Origin: the human T2T-CHM13v2.0 reference genome, Homo sapiens
Direction of reading: 5' to 3'
Length of the DNA: 64,000 nt
Assembly (NCBI GenBank): GCA_009914755.4
Contig: CP068257.2
Location: forward strand, 12,032,001-12,096,000
Under the pieces are notes generated by a model. The model worked only from the letters and a program-made list of their open reading frames with translations. It was not told the DNA's origin and did not search any database. The position numbers and the translations under genes were made by a program. Of this stretch, positions 61,285 through 64,000 are shown in pieces. Within the stretch, counting starts at the first letter, position 1, and each line of letters opens with the position of its first letter.

Positions 61285-61450
61285 CAGTGGTCTTCAAAGT
61301 GTGGCCTCCAGACAGCAATATCAATATCATCTGGGAATTTGCTAGAAATGTAAATTCCCAAGTCCCAGCTCAAACTCAATGAATCAGAAACTCTGGGTGT
61401 GGGGCCCAGCAGTCCTTCAGGTGTTTCTAACCACATATTCAAATTTGACA
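61285..61450. mobile_element. MER5-like hAT-Charlie non-autonomous DNA transposon fragment
   Basis: cagtggtcttcaaagtgtggcctccagacagcaatatcaatatcatctgggaatttgctagaaatgtaaattcccaagtcccagctcaaactcaatgaatcagaaactctgggtgtggggcccagcagtcc closely parallels the MER5 consensus (cagtggttctcaaagtgtggtcc...ctgggaacttgttagaaatgcaaattctcaggccccaccccagacctactgaatcagaaactctgggggtggggcccagcaatctg). Confidence 0.7.
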
Positions 61451-62925
61451 ATCATTTACTCAGGGTCTCACCCTTGGTAGTATCTTAATAAATGCCTGTT
61501 AGGTTGACTCTGATAAGTCTTTCTCTCAAGCCATCTTAAAAAGCATGGAATCCAAAAATTCCAGGAAGAAATGAGAAAAAATGTTACAAAGAATGAAGTA
61601 GGGATTTTAGGTTTATGAGCAATTAGAGGGAACCGAGTCTTCACAAAGAAACACAATATCCTGATTTCCTGTCTCATGCTTGATTTTCCTACATTGTCTC
61701 ACCTCAGCTGCGTGATTCCATGTATCTCACTAACCCTTCTGTTTGCCTTCTGTAAGGTTACATGTAGATTCTGAGAAAATTCTTTTTCAACTTTCTATCT
61801 CTTATTCCCATTTCACTCTATGTCTTCACAGAAAATTATCACTGCAAAGCTGAGCGGTTTCTGGAGAATCTTGGCTCATTCACTGAATTCTTTGGGAAGG
61901 GCTGCTTCCCTTTGCACATCTTCACTAAACTTGGACCTTTTTGATGACTCTCATTTTTTATCACCACCATAGTCCTTAGATGTCCAGTGGAGCAGGGAAA
62001 CTGATGGTTTTCTGCACAGGTTGCTCGGGGCAAAGATGGAAGTTGGAAGTAAGGAAAAGCATGGAGTTGGAATTGGATGCTGAATGCTGAAGCAAAAGAG
62101 TACTCAACGTCTCTATGGTTTTGCTTTGTGCTGGGCCTTCCTAAACCTTGTGAACACCTGATAAATGTTCATTTGATTATGTCAAGCTCTTTGGAGCAGT
62201 AGCTTTCAACCCTGATTAGGATGTCAGAATCCTTTGGAAGAATTTTTTAAAAATCTATGGGCATGGAACCCATCCATCAGTATTTTTAAAAATTTCCCAG
62301 GTGGTTTCCATGAGTAGCTAAGGTTGAGAACCGTGGTTTTGGATTTCCCACTTGATGATTTTAAACCATAACATCACTTTGCCTATTTTTCTAAATATTC
62401 CTCTTTCTACAGTCAGCTTTCAAAAGTCAGACTACAACTGAATCAAAGAATTATACAAGAAAGGGGAAACTGAGCCATCCTTCAGCAACTCCAGGAACAA
62501 ATCAAGGTACATATAATGATGGGGTAGTAAATGCTAATACCGTCTATCTTCTTCCCTTGTATCTATCCCTGTTTTTGTTCCCCTCTTTCCACTCTGGCTT
62601 CCTATTCTCCCTTTGTGGCAAAATATCCACTATTCTTGAAGACAGCGAACCAGCAAACCTGCTAATATTAAAGCTTCAGTGACCCAATAGGTAGCTACAC
62701 TTTGAGGAACATTTTCATTTCCAAAGAAATTATCTGAAGAGAAAAATGTCTAATTCAATGGGCTGAAATGCAAATTGTTATGTTTCAGGCTAGAAAGATA
62801 TCTAACCCAAGGAACTTCCTTATCATGCTCTGGGAGACAGTAGGCTGCCTCATGGAAGGCCGTTATAGATGTCCAACTAAACATTGCAAAAAATAGAAGC
62901 ATTGGCTTGGGACTGAGAAATGATA

Positions 62926-63006
62926 TTCATTTGGTGCAAAAGTAATTGCGATTTTTGCCCTTGAAAATGATGGTTAAAACTGCAATGACTTTTGCATCAA
63001 CCTATG
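62926..63006. mobile_element. MADE1 (mariner-derived MITE, ~80 bp palindromic element)
   Basis: ttcatttggtgcaaaagtaattgcgatttttgcc...aaactgcaatgacttttgcatcaacctatgg matches MADE1 ttaggttggtgcaaaagtaattgcgg...ccgcaattacttttgcaccaacctaa. Confidence 0.8.
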
Positions 63007-64000
63007 GATTAGTAATTGATACACAAAGACATGACACATGAGAATACCAAGTGCACTGCTTGGCACATAGTAGACATTCAACAAATGCTTCTTGCTGACA
63101 ACTTTTGCTTTCCTCCTCAATCACCCACTTTTTAGAATCCTTGAAAAAATCTTACAAATTTTTCAAATATTCAGGAAACTTAAATAACATCAGATTTAGA
63201 GAAGAATTATTGACTGTAGCCAATTTTTGGACCTATACATTTTTTAAACTATGTGATGGGAATCTCTTCATTTTTTAGAGCAAAATGGATGCATATCAAT
63301 TACAAACCTTGCTAAATCATCCTTTCTATCTCTGAGGCAATAAAATTCATTATCCTGGTTAGTTTGAGGATATACTTAACCCATAAACACCAACAGCAAG
63401 TATAGATTCAGACATTTGTATCTATAATTTAGACAGTTTAAAATGCAATATTAAGTAATTCAAAAATTGTTCAAAGCTCAGTACCTTTTCACACATTAAT
63501 ACTTTGATTATCAACTTCCTTTTAAAGAGTGAGTAGAAAAGGTTAGTAAGTAGAAAAGAGTAAAAGAGGCCTTTCTTTCACAACTTGCCAAGACGTGCAT
63601 TACTTATTTAAAATAAAAAAAAAATGCTGTTTGAAAAACAAGAAGGATGGCAAGAATGAAGCTCCTTCATGCAAGATACCTCTGACTACCCTCTAAAGAC
63701 AGTTACTATGGCATGGTCATAGAATTACTGCAGGAAAAAATTTGTCCACTGAGGCTGCTTCCTCCAGAGGTAAGGTTTAACTTATGGTAACTTGCTATGG
63801 ATCAACAGCTCAAGATGAAGTGTGTGGCTGGCAATTTAAGTGTAAAATTAGATTTCCAGTATAATCAGTCATCTGATAGCCCATCTAAATGTATTCTGCA
63901 TTTGCACATTTAATTAATTATGTCTTAATTGAAAACATTTTGCTCATAATGATTGGTTCTAATTTTATTCCAAATTAAATTAGTAGGGGAGAAATTTAGT

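Overview
This window is primate, almost certainly human, nuclear genomic DNA. It is not a prokaryotic locus. About 25 Alu copies and fragments are spread through it in both orientations. Three LINE-1 elements are present: an old (+)-strand L1 carrying a nested Alu, a near full-length CpG-depleted L1PA on the (+) strand that is interrupted by an LTR-like insertion, and a young (-)-strand L1 3' fragment that still retains CpGs. There are also DNA-transposon MITEs (MADE1, MER5-like, MER20-like), several microsatellites and low-complexity tracts. No intact protein-coding gene can be supported. Nearly all entries in the ORF track are reading-frame artefacts of GC-rich repeats, Alus, L1 ORF remnants or microsatellites. 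The features that are not ordinary are these. (1) A 3.35 kb CpG-rich tandem array of about 11 degenerate units of roughly 260-340 bp (6804-10150) begins at the exact base where an Alu is 3'-truncated. (2) A CpG island (about 17080-17900) abuts an L1 abruptly and contains a LONRF-family (most similar to LONRF2) exon-1-like coding segment; it carries one in-frame nonsense codon and one frameshift and is followed by intron-like sequence, so it reads as an unprocessed pseudogene or duplicated gene fragment. (3) A second strong CpG island (35620-36570) with a (GGC)n tract and GT donor-like sites is a candidate promoter and first exon of an unidentified transcript. A truncated Alu, a CpG-rich macrosatellite and a truncated gene copy with sharp repeat-defined junctions together suggest a segmental-duplication context (pericentromeric or subtelomeric); this is inference only. 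I see no evidence for a novel 'system' in the microbial sense. The items worth follow-up are the tandem array and the two CpG islands.
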